Shown: piece by piece, positions 1-9,524 of the stretch
Layout of the letters: each line of letters starts with the position of its first letter
Position numbering within the stretch: position 1 is the stretch's first letter
Made by a program: the position numbers and the translations under genes
Origin: Flavobacteriales bacterium
GTDB lineage: Bacteria; Bacteroidota; Bacteroidia; Flavobacteriales_F; PHOS-HE28
Assembly (NCBI GenBank): GCA_041391825.1
Contig: JAWKNF010000001.1
Coordinates: forward strand, 10,116-74,115
Direction: 5' to 3'
DNA: 64,000 nucleotides
The notes under the pieces: model-generated
Told to the model about the DNA's origin: nothing
The model's database searches: none
The model's input: only the letters and a program-made list of their open reading frames with translations

Positions 1-216
1 CCGAAGATCGCTGAGTTGTTCAATGCTGCTGGCATCAACAGCTTTGCTGAATTGGCCGCCACCTCTGCTGAGCGTCTCGAAGAGATCCTCACCGAAGCTG
101 GTTCCGCCTTCGCTTCCCACGACCCGGGCACGTGGCCCAAGCAAGCCGAATTGGCCGCTGCTGGCAAATGGGACGAATTGAAGGCTTGGCAGGATGAATT
201 GAACGGCGGCAAGTAA
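1..216 (+). CDS. 3' end of a gene encoding a helix-hairpin-helix-like C-terminal domain (partial; start lies upstream of the window)
   Basis: ORF in frame 1 runs from the window edge to a stop at 214-216. The peptide (KIAELFNAAGINSFAELAATSAERLEEIL...) is HhH-like. No further family assignment is possible. Confidence 0.5.
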   Translation, partial: PKIAELFNAAGINSFAELAATSAERLEEILTEAGSAFASHDPGTWPKQAELAAAGKWDELKAWQDELNGGK

Positions 217-240
217 GCCACCGACATCAACGAACCGAAA

Positions 241-266
241 GCCCTCCGGAATCCCGGGGGCTTTTT
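241..266 (+). terminator. rho-independent terminator (GC-rich 9-bp stem, loop AAT, T5 tail)
   Basis: gccctccgg-aat-cccgggggc followed by ttttt, 25 bp after the upstream stop codon. Confidence 0.6.
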
Positions 267-325
267 CGTTCGTGGGATCGTGGACACGATCACATTGCCG
301 GAACCAGCCGTGGCGGTAGCTCCCC

Positions 326-333
326 TACCTTTG
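326..333 (+). promoter_or_regulatory. Bacteroidota -7 promoter motif TAnnTTTG (TACCTTTG) upstream of serS
   Basis: Exact TAnnTTTG match 22 bp upstream of the serS ATG. Confidence 0.4.
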
Positions 334-355
334 CGGCGCTATGTAAAGCAGCAAC

Positions 356-1630
356 ATGCTGGACCTGAACTACCTGAGAGAACACCGTGATGAAGCCGAA
401 CAGCGGCTGGTGAAACGGAACATCGATGCCAAAGCGGCCTTGGACCGCGTTACCGAGTTGGACGAGCTGCGTCGCAGTACCCAAGGCGAACTCGATGCCC
501 GCTTGGGCGAACTGAACGTGCTGAGCCGCGCGATCGGCGACCTGATGAAGTCCGGAAAAAAGGACGAAGCGGAAAGCGCACGCGCCAAGACCCTTGAGTT
601 GAAGGCGGATTCAGCGAATTTGAAAGAGCGTCTCGAACTCGCCGAGAAGGAATTGCGCGATCACCTCTGCACCATTCCGAACGCACCGAATGCCAAGGTA
701 CCGCCAGGCCGTACCCCCGAAGAGAACGTAACGGTAATGGAGGAAGGCACGGTGCCACAGCTGGGCCCCGATGCCAAGCCGCATTGGGAACTGGGCGAAG
801 CCTATGGTTTCCTGCACATGGACCTTGGTGTAAAAGTGACCGGTGCCGGATTCCCCGTGTACAGCGGCCAAGGTGCCAAACTGCAACGCGCCCTTATCGC
901 CTTCTTTCTGGACAAGGCCGTGGAAGCAGGCTATCGAGAGATCATCCCACCGCATATGGTGAATGCGGAAAGTGCCTTTGCCACAGGGCAATTGCCGGAC
1001 AAGGAAGGTCAGATGTACCACGCTACAGCGGACGACCTCTACCTGATCCCTACAGCGGAGGTGCCGATCACGAACCTTTACCGCGACGATATCGTGGATG
1101 CCGCGCAGCTGCCGATCAAGATGGTGGGCTATACGCCCTGCTTCCGCCGCGAGGCCGGCAGTTACGGCGCACATGTGCGCGGCTTGAACCGCGTGCACCA
1201 GTTCGACAAAGTCGAGATCGTCCGCATCGAACGACCGGAGGACAGCTACGCCGTGCTTGAAGAGATGGTCGAACACGTGAAAGGGCTACTGCGGGCCCTG
1301 GAGCTCCCCTACCGCCAACTGCTGCTCTGCGGCGGCGACATGGGTTTCAGCAGCGCGATGACCTACGATATGGAGGTTTACGCCGCTGCGCAAGGGCGTT
1401 GGCTGGAGGTGAGCTCGATCAGCAATTTCGAAACCTACCAGAGCAATCGTCTGAAGCTCCGGATCCGGGGTGAGGAAAAGAGGCCAAAACTGGCCCACAC
1501 CTTGAACGGTAGTGCCTTGGCACTGGCTCGTATCGTGGCGGCTTTGTTGGAGAACAACCAGACACCGGAAGGCATCCGCATCCCGAAGGCATTACAGCCG
1601 TACACGGGATTCGCCATGATCACCAAATGA
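356..1630 (+). CDS. serS: seryl-tRNA synthetase
   Basis: 424-aa ORF with an N-terminal coiled-coil arm and class II aaRS core motifs (…GYTPCFRREAGSYG…, …NGSALALARIVAALLENNQ). Typical SerRS length. Confidence 0.95.
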   Translation: MLDLNYLREHRDEAEQRLVKRNIDAKAALDRVTELDELRRSTQGELDARLGELNVLSRAIGDLMKSGKKDEAESARAKTLELKADSANLKERLELAEKELRDHLCTIPNAPNAKVPPGRTPEENVTVMEEGTVPQLGPDAKPHWELGEAYGFLHMDLGVKVTGAGFPVYSGQGAKLQRALIAFFLDKAVEAGYREIIPPHMVNAESAFATGQLPDKEGQMYHATADDLYLIPTAEVPITNLYRDDIVDAAQLPIKMVGYTPCFRREAGSYGAHVRGLNRVHQFDKVEIVRIERPEDSYAVLEEMVEHVKGLLRALELPYRQLLLCGGDMGFSSAMTYDMEVYAAAQGRWLEVSSISNFETYQSNRLKLRIRGEEKRPKLAHTLNGSALALARIVAALLENNQTPEGIRIPKALQPYTGFAMITK

Positions 1631-2184
1631 ACCGTGGCATACTGTTCGCAGCCCTCACCGCGTTCGTCGGAAGTGCAACGGCCATCAGCTGCCGTCGCAC
1701 TGCCGACCCTAAGCAACTGAGCGCAGTGGACAGTTTAAGGACCAAGATCGAGGCCGGTGCATTGACCCTGCAGGAGCTGGACGTGAAGCACTACACCACG
1801 GCCGACTCCATCCTGGAGGCCGCACGCCCGCTTTTCTTGGATCGCTTCATGGACACCTTGGACCGCACCACCGCTACCTTGCTCGGCGACCAGTTCGTGC
1901 AGCTGCGCGAAGCCGGACGCATGGAAAGTGATCACCTTGTCGTTCGGACGCAAGCAGAAATGATGGTGGGCCGCTTGGAAGCATTGCGCATGGACCTCAT
2001 CTCCGGCGCCATTGATGACGAGGCAGGAGCCACCGCGATCCAGCGCGAGCGCACCAAGGCCAATGACCTGTTACCGATGGTCGACCAGGTGATCGCGAAC
2101 TATCAGGCCATGCAGCGTGTACTGGAAAGACAAGCCTTGGTGGACAGCATCCTCATGAGCACATTGGAACATCAATACCGATGA
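1627..2184 (+). CDS. hypothetical lipoprotein (signal peptide plus Cys)
   Basis: 185-aa ORF whose start overlaps the serS stop by 4 bp (ATGA). Hydrophobic N-terminus ends in ...ATAISC. Confidence 0.6.
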   Translation: MNRGILFAALTAFVGSATAISCRRTADPKQLSAVDSLRTKIEAGALTLQELDVKHYTTADSILEAARPLFLDRFMDTLDRTTATLLGDQFVQLREAGRMESDHLVVRTQAEMMVGRLEALRMDLISGAIDDEAGATAIQRERTKANDLLPMVDQVIANYQAMQRVLERQALVDSILMSTLEHQYR

Positions 2185-4046
2185 TGGCCTGCATACGCGC
2201 TTTCCTACTACTGATGTCGATCCTTGGCGCCCTCGTGACGGCGATCGCACAGCCCGGTGCGGATGAGCAATTGGCCGCTCAATACTTCCAGCAGGGCGAA
2301 TACGAGCGCGCCATCCTGTACTATGAAAAACTGTACAAGAAGCAGCCGACACCGTTCTACTACGAGCAGTTGTATAAGAGCTATGTGGAATTGAGGGACC
2401 TGTCCTCGGCGGAGAAACTGGTGAAGGACCACATGCGTCGAAGCAGCGATGACCCGCGTTTGCTGATCGATCTTGGACACTTGTACAAGCTGGGCGGTGA
2501 AGGCGACAAGGCGGAGAAGGAGTACGATAAGGCCTTGAAGCAGATGCGTGCCGACCAATCCAGCGTGCGCAGTACCGCGAACGCCTTCGTGCAAGTGAAC
2601 GAGATCGGCCGTGCACTGGAAGCCTATCAACGCGGCGGCAGGATGCTGCCCGAAGGACAGAGCTTCAACTATGAGATCGCCGGCCTGTACGGGGCACAAG
2701 GGGACGTCACCAAAATGGTGAGCACGTACATGGACCTCCTGATCGTGAATGAAGGCTATATCCAAGCCGTGCAGAACGCACTTTCGCGCAGCATGGACCT
2801 TTCTGTTGCCGATGCGCGCTCCGAGATCCTGCGCACCGAGTTGCTGCGCCGTATCCAGAAGGACCCGCAACATCGGATCTTTCCGGAGCTTCTCATCTGG
2901 ATGTACATCCAACAGAAGGACATGAACGCGGCCTTCGTACAGAGCAAAGCGATGGACAAGCGCTTTGATGAAGGCGGTGTGCGCTTGATGGACCTGGCTT
3001 CCATCGCTTTGGCGAACAAGGACCATGCGATCGCATTCAAATGCTATGAATACGTCCTCAGCCTCGGCCGGAACGATGCCAACTATGTGCAAGCTCGCAT
3101 CGGAGCGGTGCGCACGCGTTACGAACAACTGACACAACAACCCGAACCGGCGCGTGAGGACCTCGTGGACCTCGACCAACGTGCAGCGAACACGCTGACC
3201 GAACTCGGTTTGAGCCAGTCGACCACCGAGCTCCTACGCGACCGTGCTCACCTGAAAGCCTATTACCTGAACGACACACAAGGGGCCATTGAACTCTTGG
3301 AACAAGGGATCGCGAAAACGTCCATCGATCCCAAGACCACGGCGCAGCTGAAATTGGACCTGGGCGACATCCACCCCCTGAGTGGTGACATTTGGGAAGC
3401 CTCACTCCTGTATTCACAGGTGGATCTCGCGTTCAAGTACGATATGCTAGGCCATGAAGCCCGCTTGCGCAACGCGAAGGTGTCCTTCTACTCCGGCGAT
3501 TTCCTCTGGGCCCAAGGTCAATTGGAAGTACTAAAGGCCAGCACCAGCAAGCTCATCGCGAATGACGCCATGGAGCTGTCCCTTCGCATCACGGACAACC
3601 TCGGACTGGACAGCAACAGTGTGCCGCTCAGCTACTTCGCTCGTGCCGAATTACTGCGATTCCAACATCGTTATAACGAGTCATTGGCCTTGCTCGACTC
3701 CCTTCAGGACGCCTACCCTGGCCATAGCTTGGGCGATGACATCCTCTATGAGCGCTTTCGGATCGCTTATGCGCGCCACCGATACGCCGAAGCAGCATCG
3801 CAACTGGAAAAACTGCTGGAATACTTCCCAACGGACATCCTCGTGGACAATGCCTTGCTGGACCTTGGCAAACTCTATGAGGAACGCCTGAGCGATCCCG
3901 TGAAAGCGCAGTCGTACTACGAGCGTTTGCTCTTCGAACAGACCGGCAGCATCTTCGTTCCAGAGGCCCGGGACCGCTTTCGCCGATTGCGTGGCGACGT
4001 TCTGGAGGCCGAGCCGGAACCACCACCACCCACACCGCACCCATGA
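2181..4046 (+). CDS. tetratricopeptide-repeat (TPR) protein, secreted
   Basis: 621 aa with signal peptide and repeated TPR-like W/LG/Y helices (YFQQGEYERAILYYEKLYKK...). ATGA overlap with the upstream gene. Confidence 0.8.
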   Translation: MMACIRAFLLLMSILGALVTAIAQPGADEQLAAQYFQQGEYERAILYYEKLYKKQPTPFYYEQLYKSYVELRDLSSAEKLVKDHMRRSSDDPRLLIDLGHLYKLGGEGDKAEKEYDKALKQMRADQSSVRSTANAFVQVNEIGRALEAYQRGGRMLPEGQSFNYEIAGLYGAQGDVTKMVSTYMDLLIVNEGYIQAVQNALSRSMDLSVADARSEILRTELLRRIQKDPQHRIFPELLIWMYIQQKDMNAAFVQSKAMDKRFDEGGVRLMDLASIALANKDHAIAFKCYEYVLSLGRNDANYVQARIGAVRTRYEQLTQQPEPAREDLVDLDQRAANTLTELGLSQSTTELLRDRAHLKAYYLNDTQGAIELLEQGIAKTSIDPKTTAQLKLDLGDIHPLSGDIWEASLLYSQVDLAFKYDMLGHEARLRNAKVSFYSGDFLWAQGQLEVLKASTSKLIANDAMELSLRITDNLGLDSNSVPLSYFARAELLRFQHRYNESLALLDSLQDAYPGHSLGDDILYERFRIAYARHRYAEAASQLEKLLEYFPTDILVDNALLDLGKLYEERLSDPVKAQSYYERLLFEQTGSIFVPEARDRFRRLRGDVLEAEPEPPPPTPHP

Positions 4047-4351
4047 TCATCTACAACGTCACGATCAACGTGGACCAGGACGTGCATGAGCGTTGGTTGC
4101 TTTGGATGAAAGGCACGCACATTCCCGAAGTGATGGCCACCGGCCAATTCCTGGACCACCGCCTGTGTCGCGTGCTGGCGGAGGATGAAGGTGGGATCAC
4201 CTATGCCGTGCAATACACGTGCGCGGACATGGCCACCTTGCAGCGCTACCAAGCTGAGCATGCACCGCGCCTGCAAGCGGAAACGCAGAAACACTTCGGC
4301 GGTAAGTTCGCCGCCTTCCGCACCCTGCTGGAGGTATTGCACACAGCTTGA
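4043..4351 (+). CDS. DUF4286-family protein
   Basis: 102 aa (MIIYNVTINVDQDVHERWLLWMKGTHIPEVMATGQF...), a small family common in Bacteroidota. ATGA overlaps on both sides. Confidence 0.7.
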   Translation: MIIYNVTINVDQDVHERWLLWMKGTHIPEVMATGQFLDHRLCRVLAEDEGGITYAVQYTCADMATLQRYQAEHAPRLQAETQKHFGGKFAAFRTLLEVLHTA

Positions 4352-5115
4352 TGCACGTCCGCGCCAAGAAACACCTCGGTCAACACTTCCTGAAGGAGGA
4401 CGATATTGCGCGACGTATCGCTGAAAGCCTTACCGGGCACGGGAACTACCGTCATGTAGTGGAGGTCGGCCCGGGTACCGGAGCCTTGACGAAGCACCTC
4501 GTCGGTCGGCCGAACACCACATTGATCGCTTACGAAGTGGACACGGAATCCGTTGAACACCTCGGTCGGCAATTCCCGCAATTGGAGGTGCGTGAAAGCG
4601 ATTTCCTGCACATGCATCCGGACTCGATCACCGATGGGCCTATCGCAGTGATCGGCAATTTCCCTTATAACATCAGCACGCAGATCGTCTTCAAGGTGCT
4701 TGAGAACCAAGATCGGATCCCGGAGATGGTGGGCATGTTCCAAAAGGAAGTGGCCGACCGTTTGTGCAGCGGTCCGGGATCACGGGCCTACGGTATCACG
4801 AGCGTGCTGGCGCAGGTGTGGTACGACATGGAATTGCTGTTCATTGTGGAGCCCGAGGCCTTCATACCGCCGCCGGCCGTGCGCAGTGCCGTCATGCGCA
4901 TGCGGCGCAACACGACCACATCGATGCCATGCGACGAAAAGCTCTTCGCGCAGGTGGTCAAGATGGCATTCAACCAACGGCGCAAGACATTGCACAACGC
5001 GTTGAAGGGACTTCGCTCCTTGCCCGACGGGGTCCCATCGGAATACGCTGGCAAACGTGCGGAGCAGTTGTCCGTGGCCGACTTCATCGCGCTGACCCAG
5101 GCCTGTACGGCTTGA
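4348..5115 (+). CDS. rsmA: 16S rRNA (adenine1518/1519-N6)-dimethyltransferase RsmA/KsgA
   Basis: KKHLGQHFL start motif, SAM-binding VVEVGPGTGALT, length about 255 aa. Confidence 0.93.
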   Translation: MMHVRAKKHLGQHFLKEDDIARRIAESLTGHGNYRHVVEVGPGTGALTKHLVGRPNTTLIAYEVDTESVEHLGRQFPQLEVRESDFLHMHPDSITDGPIAVIGNFPYNISTQIVFKVLENQDRIPEMVGMFQKEVADRLCSGPGSRAYGITSVLAQVWYDMELLFIVEPEAFIPPPAVRSAVMRMRRNTTTSMPCDEKLFAQVVKMAFNQRRKTLHNALKGLRSLPDGVPSEYAGKRAEQLSVADFIALTQACTA

Positions 5116-5218
5116 GGTGAACGTGCTCTGTGCCCTTCACGGACGGGCCGTCTTCGTAGCTTCGCGCGACCGCTGTTGGACCTGGACATGCCAGGCGACC
5201 TATCGCGATCCCTGAAGA

Positions 5219-6586
5219 ATGTCCTTCGAGATCACCAAACCCTTGCTCGACACCCTGAAGGCCGACGTGGCCGAAGGGCGAGACTCCGCCATCAAGGCGG
5301 TGTTCGAGGAACTGCATCCGGCAGATATCGCTGGGGTGATCGATCGCTTGGGTCTGGACGAAGCGGTGTACGTCTATCGCCTATTGGAAAGCGAGACCGC
5401 TGCGGACGTGCTCATCGAACTGGATGAGGACCTGCGGGAGTCCTTGCTGAATTCGCTCACCAGCCGCGAGATCGCCGAGGACGTTCTGGAGCACATCGAC
5501 TCCGACGACGCCGCCGACGTGATGACCGGATTGTCCGAGGACAAGCGCCGTGAGGTCATCGCACTGCTGGAGGACCAGGAGCAGCGAGAAGGTATCCAGG
5601 AGCTCCTCACGTACGAGGAAGGCACGGCCGGCGCCTTGATGGGCAAGGAGGTCATTACCGTGCGAGCGGACTGGAGCGTGGCCCGCGCTGTGCTTGACAT
5701 GCGACGTCAAGCCCAGGAGATCGAGCACATCTACACGATCTATGTCGTCGATAAGGACGATCACCTATTCGGCATACTTCCGTTGAAGGACCTGTTGTTC
5801 AGTGCCGAAAGCACCCGGACCTTGATCAAGCACATCTGCGACACGGATGTGGTGTCGGTGGAAGTGGACAACGATGCCGAGGAAGTGGTCCGGGTGATGA
5901 AGAAGTACGATGTGGTGGTGCTTCCTGTGGTGGATGCCAACAACGTGTTGCTCGGTCGGATCACCTTCGACGATGTGATGGATGTGATGAGCGAAGAGGC
6001 CACCGAGGACTACCAGCTCGCCAGTGGTATCAGCGAGGACGTCGATGCCATGGACACGCCGTTCATCCAAATGCGGGCGCGCTTGCCTTGGCTCCTTATC
6101 GGTCTTGCAGGCGGCGTGGTCTCATCACGCATCATTGCCCAGTATGAACACCAGCTCCAGATCGCACCGGCGATGGCCTTCTTCATGCCTCTGATCGCGG
6201 CCACGGCCGGCAATGTGGGGGTACAATCCTCCGCCATCGTAGTGCAAGGTCTAGCGGCCGGAAGCATGCAGAACGTCAACATGGTCGCGAGGATGTGGAA
6301 GGAATTGCGCGTGGCACTGTTGTCCGCGATCGTCTGCGGTGTCCTGATATTCGCTGTGAACCTGCTGCTGCAACAGGATCAAGCATTGACCTATACCGTG
6401 AGCATCGCGCTGTTCTCCGTGATCCTCACCGCCGCCATGTTCGGCACGGTCATCCCTTTGGCCTTGGACCGTTTCGAGGTGGACCCGGCCCTTGCTACAG
6501 GCCCTTTCGTGACCACCTTGAACGACATTTTCGGCCTGCTCACCTACTTCACCGTGGGCCATTTGATGTACGGACTCTTCCCCTGA
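5219..6586 (+). CDS. mgtE: magnesium transporter MgtE
   Basis: 455 aa with MgtE N-domain, CBS pair and C-terminal 5-TM domain (…GNVGVQSSAIVVQGLA…). Confidence 0.92.
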   Translation: MSFEITKPLLDTLKADVAEGRDSAIKAVFEELHPADIAGVIDRLGLDEAVYVYRLLESETAADVLIELDEDLRESLLNSLTSREIAEDVLEHIDSDDAADVMTGLSEDKRREVIALLEDQEQREGIQELLTYEEGTAGALMGKEVITVRADWSVARAVLDMRRQAQEIEHIYTIYVVDKDDHLFGILPLKDLLFSAESTRTLIKHICDTDVVSVEVDNDAEEVVRVMKKYDVVVLPVVDANNVLLGRITFDDVMDVMSEEATEDYQLASGISEDVDAMDTPFIQMRARLPWLLIGLAGGVVSSRIIAQYEHQLQIAPAMAFFMPLIAATAGNVGVQSSAIVVQGLAAGSMQNVNMVARMWKELRVALLSAIVCGVLIFAVNLLLQQDQALTYTVSIALFSVILTAAMFGTVIPLALDRFEVDPALATGPFVTTLNDIFGLLTYFTVGHLMYGLFP

Positions 6587-6587
6587 C

Positions 6588-7535
6588 ATGCTGATCGGCA
6601 TCACCGACGCCATCGACACCGTGCTGACCGAACGGCTTGAACGAGCCGGTCATCGTTGCGTTGTCATGCACGGAGCGGATGGAAAAGCGAACGAAGCGTT
6701 GTGGCCCCAGCTCGAAGGTCTGGTCGTGCGCAGTGGACGGATCGACGCGGTACGGATCGATGCTTGTCCCAAGCTCCGTTTCATCGGACGCGTAGGTGCC
6801 GGGCTCGAGAACATCGACACGGCACACTGTCGCCGGAAGGGGATCCACGTCCTCAACTCCCCCGAAGGCAACCGCGACGGCGTTGGGGAAAGTTGCGTGA
6901 TGCTGTTGCTCGCGTTGATGAAGATGCTCGTTCCGGCGAATGCAAGCGTGCGGAACGGACAATGGATCCGCGAGCCTTTTCGGGGTACCGATCTGCGCGG
7001 CAAGACCGTTGGTATCATCGGCTTCGGACAGATGGGTAGCGCTTTCGCCGAGAAACTTCGCGGATTCGGCGTTCGGATACTCGGACACGACAAGTACCGC
7101 AGCGGCTTCGCCAGAGCGGGTATCGAGGAATGCGACCTTCGGTCCGTGCTACGCGAGAGTGATGTGATCAGCCTGCACCTACCGCTGAATGAGGAGACAA
7201 CGCACTATGCGAATGCGGCCTTCTTCAACAACCTGCGTCGACCGATCCGGTTCTTGAACACTTCGCGTGGTGGTGTGGTGCATACCCGGGCCTTGTTGGA
7301 TGCGATCGATCAGGGGCGCGTCATCGCGGCCGGGCTGGATGTGATCGAATTTGAACACGCCGACCTCTCCGGTCTGGACCCGGCAAGCGACCCCGGAACC
7401 CTGGCCCGGCTACTACAACACGATCGCGTTCTGATCACACCGCATATCGCTGGAGTGACCCACGAAGGAAAGTTCAAGTTGGCCGACGTGCTGGCTTCGA
7501 AGATCCTGCATCTTTACCCTGATGGCAAGACCTGA
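6588..7535 (+). CDS. D-isomer-specific 2-hydroxyacid dehydrogenase (phosphoglycerate dehydrogenase-like)
   Basis: NAD-binding GxGxxG (GIIGFGQMGSAF) and the catalytic domain layout of the 2-HADH family. Confidence 0.85.
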   Translation: MLIGITDAIDTVLTERLERAGHRCVVMHGADGKANEALWPQLEGLVVRSGRIDAVRIDACPKLRFIGRVGAGLENIDTAHCRRKGIHVLNSPEGNRDGVGESCVMLLLALMKMLVPANASVRNGQWIREPFRGTDLRGKTVGIIGFGQMGSAFAEKLRGFGVRILGHDKYRSGFARAGIEECDLRSVLRESDVISLHLPLNEETTHYANAAFFNNLRRPIRFLNTSRGGVVHTRALLDAIDQGRVIAAGLDVIEFEHADLSGLDPASDPGTLARLLQHDRVLITPHIAGVTHEGKFKLADVLASKILHLYPDGKT

Positions 7536-8421
7536 GCTCGTTCTCGCGGCCTTGTTCCTGGTCGCATTTTCCGCCTGCATGCCCGAACAGAACCTGCATC
7601 CCGATGTACACGGCCACCGCGGCTGCCGCGGTTTGCGACCGGAGAACACGATCCCTGCGTTCCTGGAAGCAACGGAATTGGGTTGCGACTTCCTTGAGTT
7701 CGACGTGGTGATCAGTGGCGATGGGCAAGTGATCATCTCCCATGAACCCTGGATGCATCACACCATTTGTCGCACACCGAACGGCGACCCCATCGCTGTG
7801 GAGAATGAACGTGCGCACAACATCTTCCACATGTCGGTCGCCGAGATCCGTGCGTACGATTGTGGATCGTTGGAACACCCGCGCTACCCTCAACAGCAAC
7901 TGCTGAGCGCGCACAAACCCACCTTGCGGGAAATGGTGGAAGCCGTGGATGAGCACGCCTTGTTGAGCGGTGTGGCACCACCTTCCTTCAACATCGAGAT
8001 CAAGAGCGATCCAGCGTTCTACGGTACGTTCCAGCCCGAGCCGACCACTTTCGCCAGGACCGTGCTCGGAACGATCGACTCATTGGGGATCGCTGATCGT
8101 TGCATCATCCAGTCCTTCGACCCCGCGATCCTGGAGGCCGTGCATGCGGCCAATGAGGAAATGCTGACCGCACTCCTGGTGGAAAATGCCATGGGCATCG
8201 AGGAGAACCTGGCCCGCCTGAGCTTCGTTCCGAACATGTACAGTCCCCAATACTCCATGGTGAACGAGGCGATGCTGAAGACCCTGCGGGCGAAGAACAT
8301 CGAGCTCGTCGTGTGGACCGTGAATGAACCGAAGGACATACAGCGCATGCTGGACATCGGCGTTGACGCGATCATCAGCGACCATCCGGATCGGGTGATC
8401 AAGATGCTGCTGGAGCGCTAG
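7522..8421 (+). CDS. glycerophosphodiester phosphodiesterase family protein
   Basis: GDPD signature HGHRGCRGLRPENTIPAF...EFDVV. Signal peptide present. Confidence 0.88.
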   Translation: MARPELVLAALFLVAFSACMPEQNLHPDVHGHRGCRGLRPENTIPAFLEATELGCDFLEFDVVISGDGQVIISHEPWMHHTICRTPNGDPIAVENERAHNIFHMSVAEIRAYDCGSLEHPRYPQQQLLSAHKPTLREMVEAVDEHALLSGVAPPSFNIEIKSDPAFYGTFQPEPTTFARTVLGTIDSLGIADRCIIQSFDPAILEAVHAANEEMLTALLVENAMGIEENLARLSFVPNMYSPQYSMVNEAMLKTLRAKNIELVVWTVNEPKDIQRMLDIGVDAIISDHPDRVIKMLLER

Positions 8422-9524
8422 TCCGTCGACCCGGCGATCAGCTCATCGAGTCCTTTTTCGAAAGCGTCCAGGTCCGCATTCCAACGATCGCTGCGTGAGG
8501 ACGCACCCGGGGCGGTCAGGTCCGCACACAAGGTTGCGAATGCATCCGCATCGATCGCGACCAATTGCGGTTTGAGCGTGTGTACGACACGCACCACCTT
8601 TTCATGATCGCCACGGGAGCGCGCATCGCGCAAGGTCGCCAAGCGTTCCGGACCCTTCTTGCGTAACATCTGCATAAGCGTGCGCAACATGTCGCGCAGC
8701 TCGTCATCCGCCGGGCCGGTGGATCCCGGAACATGCTCTTCCGCGACCGGTGGCGTTGTCGCAGGTCGACCTTCATCGATCGGCTTTCGGTCGTTCACCT
8801 CCCGGATGCGGTTCCGAGGAACGCTTCGGAGCGCCTCCACCTCGGTGCGAAGTGCTGCCAATTCCATGCGAATACCGTGTGTTCTCCGTGATCCGCGAAC
8901 CAGCAGGATCCCAATGACCAATAGGGCGATCACACCCACACCGCTCGCGATCACCATCCAGCGTTGAGCAATGGCATGCTGACGGGCCGCGCGTTCCTCG
9001 GCATCCGCGATCAGTGATCCCGAAACGTGTTCGGACCGGTCGAGTGCAGCGCGTGCTTCAGCAAGTAGACTATCGGTCCGAGCACCGGATCGTTCTGTTT
9101 GTTCCGAGAGACGTTCGTCGCCGATCATGACCAGCCGCATGGCCTGCTCGTATGCGCGTCGATGATCACCGACATTGACATAGGCCCGAACCAGTTGAGT
9201 ACGCACGGTCGCCTCGTCCTCCATCAGCCGAGCGGACCATGCCAACGCCGCCGCATCATTCATCAGTTCGAAAGCCTCCTTCGACCTGACGAGCGTCGCC
9301 AAGTGCATCCGGGCCGCGATCGCTTCACGCGTACTACCGATGGAGTCCGCAATGTGGATCCGCAAGCGCTGCTCGGCCACCACCTCTTTCAGGCTGTCGG
9401 TCCGTTGCCGGTGGGATTGCCCTGCCCCTGCCGTCGCGAACAAGAACGCGAGCAACAAAGTCGACCAACAACGACGGCCGGCGATCAGTATTCTCATCAT
9501 GCTGCTTTCGATCTCCTTTTTCAC
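8418..9524 (-). CDS. TPR-like periplasmic domain / single TM / C-terminal histidine phosphotransfer (Hpt) domain protein
   Basis: Signal peptide, TPR-like helices, a TM segment (WMVIASGVGVIALLVIGILLV), coiled-coil and a C-terminal Hpt-like motif (…VVRVVHTLKPQLVAIDADAF…). Confidence 0.6.
   Translation of the reverse strand: MKKEIESSMMRILIAGRRCWSTLLLAFLFATAGAGQSHRQRTDSLKEVVAEQRLRIHIADSIGSTREAIAARMHLATLVRSKEAFELMNDAAALAWSARLMEDEATVRTQLVRAYVNVGDHRRAYEQAMRLVMIGDERLSEQTERSGARTDSLLAEARAALDRSEHVSGSLIADAEERAARQHAIAQRWMVIASGVGVIALLVIGILLVRGSRRTHGIRMELAALRTEVEALRSVPRNRIREVNDRKPIDEGRPATTPPVAEEHVPGSTGPADDELRDMLRTLMQMLRKKGPERLATLRDARSRGDHEKVVRVVHTLKPQLVAIDADAFATLCADLTAPGASSRSDRWNADLDAFEKGLDELIAGSTD

Noticed and set aside
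5116-5218. Possible M-box (Mg2+) riboswitch upstream of mgtE
   Set aside because: No M-box conserved cores are visible. The leader is only ~100 nt. M-box is uncommon in Bacteroidota.
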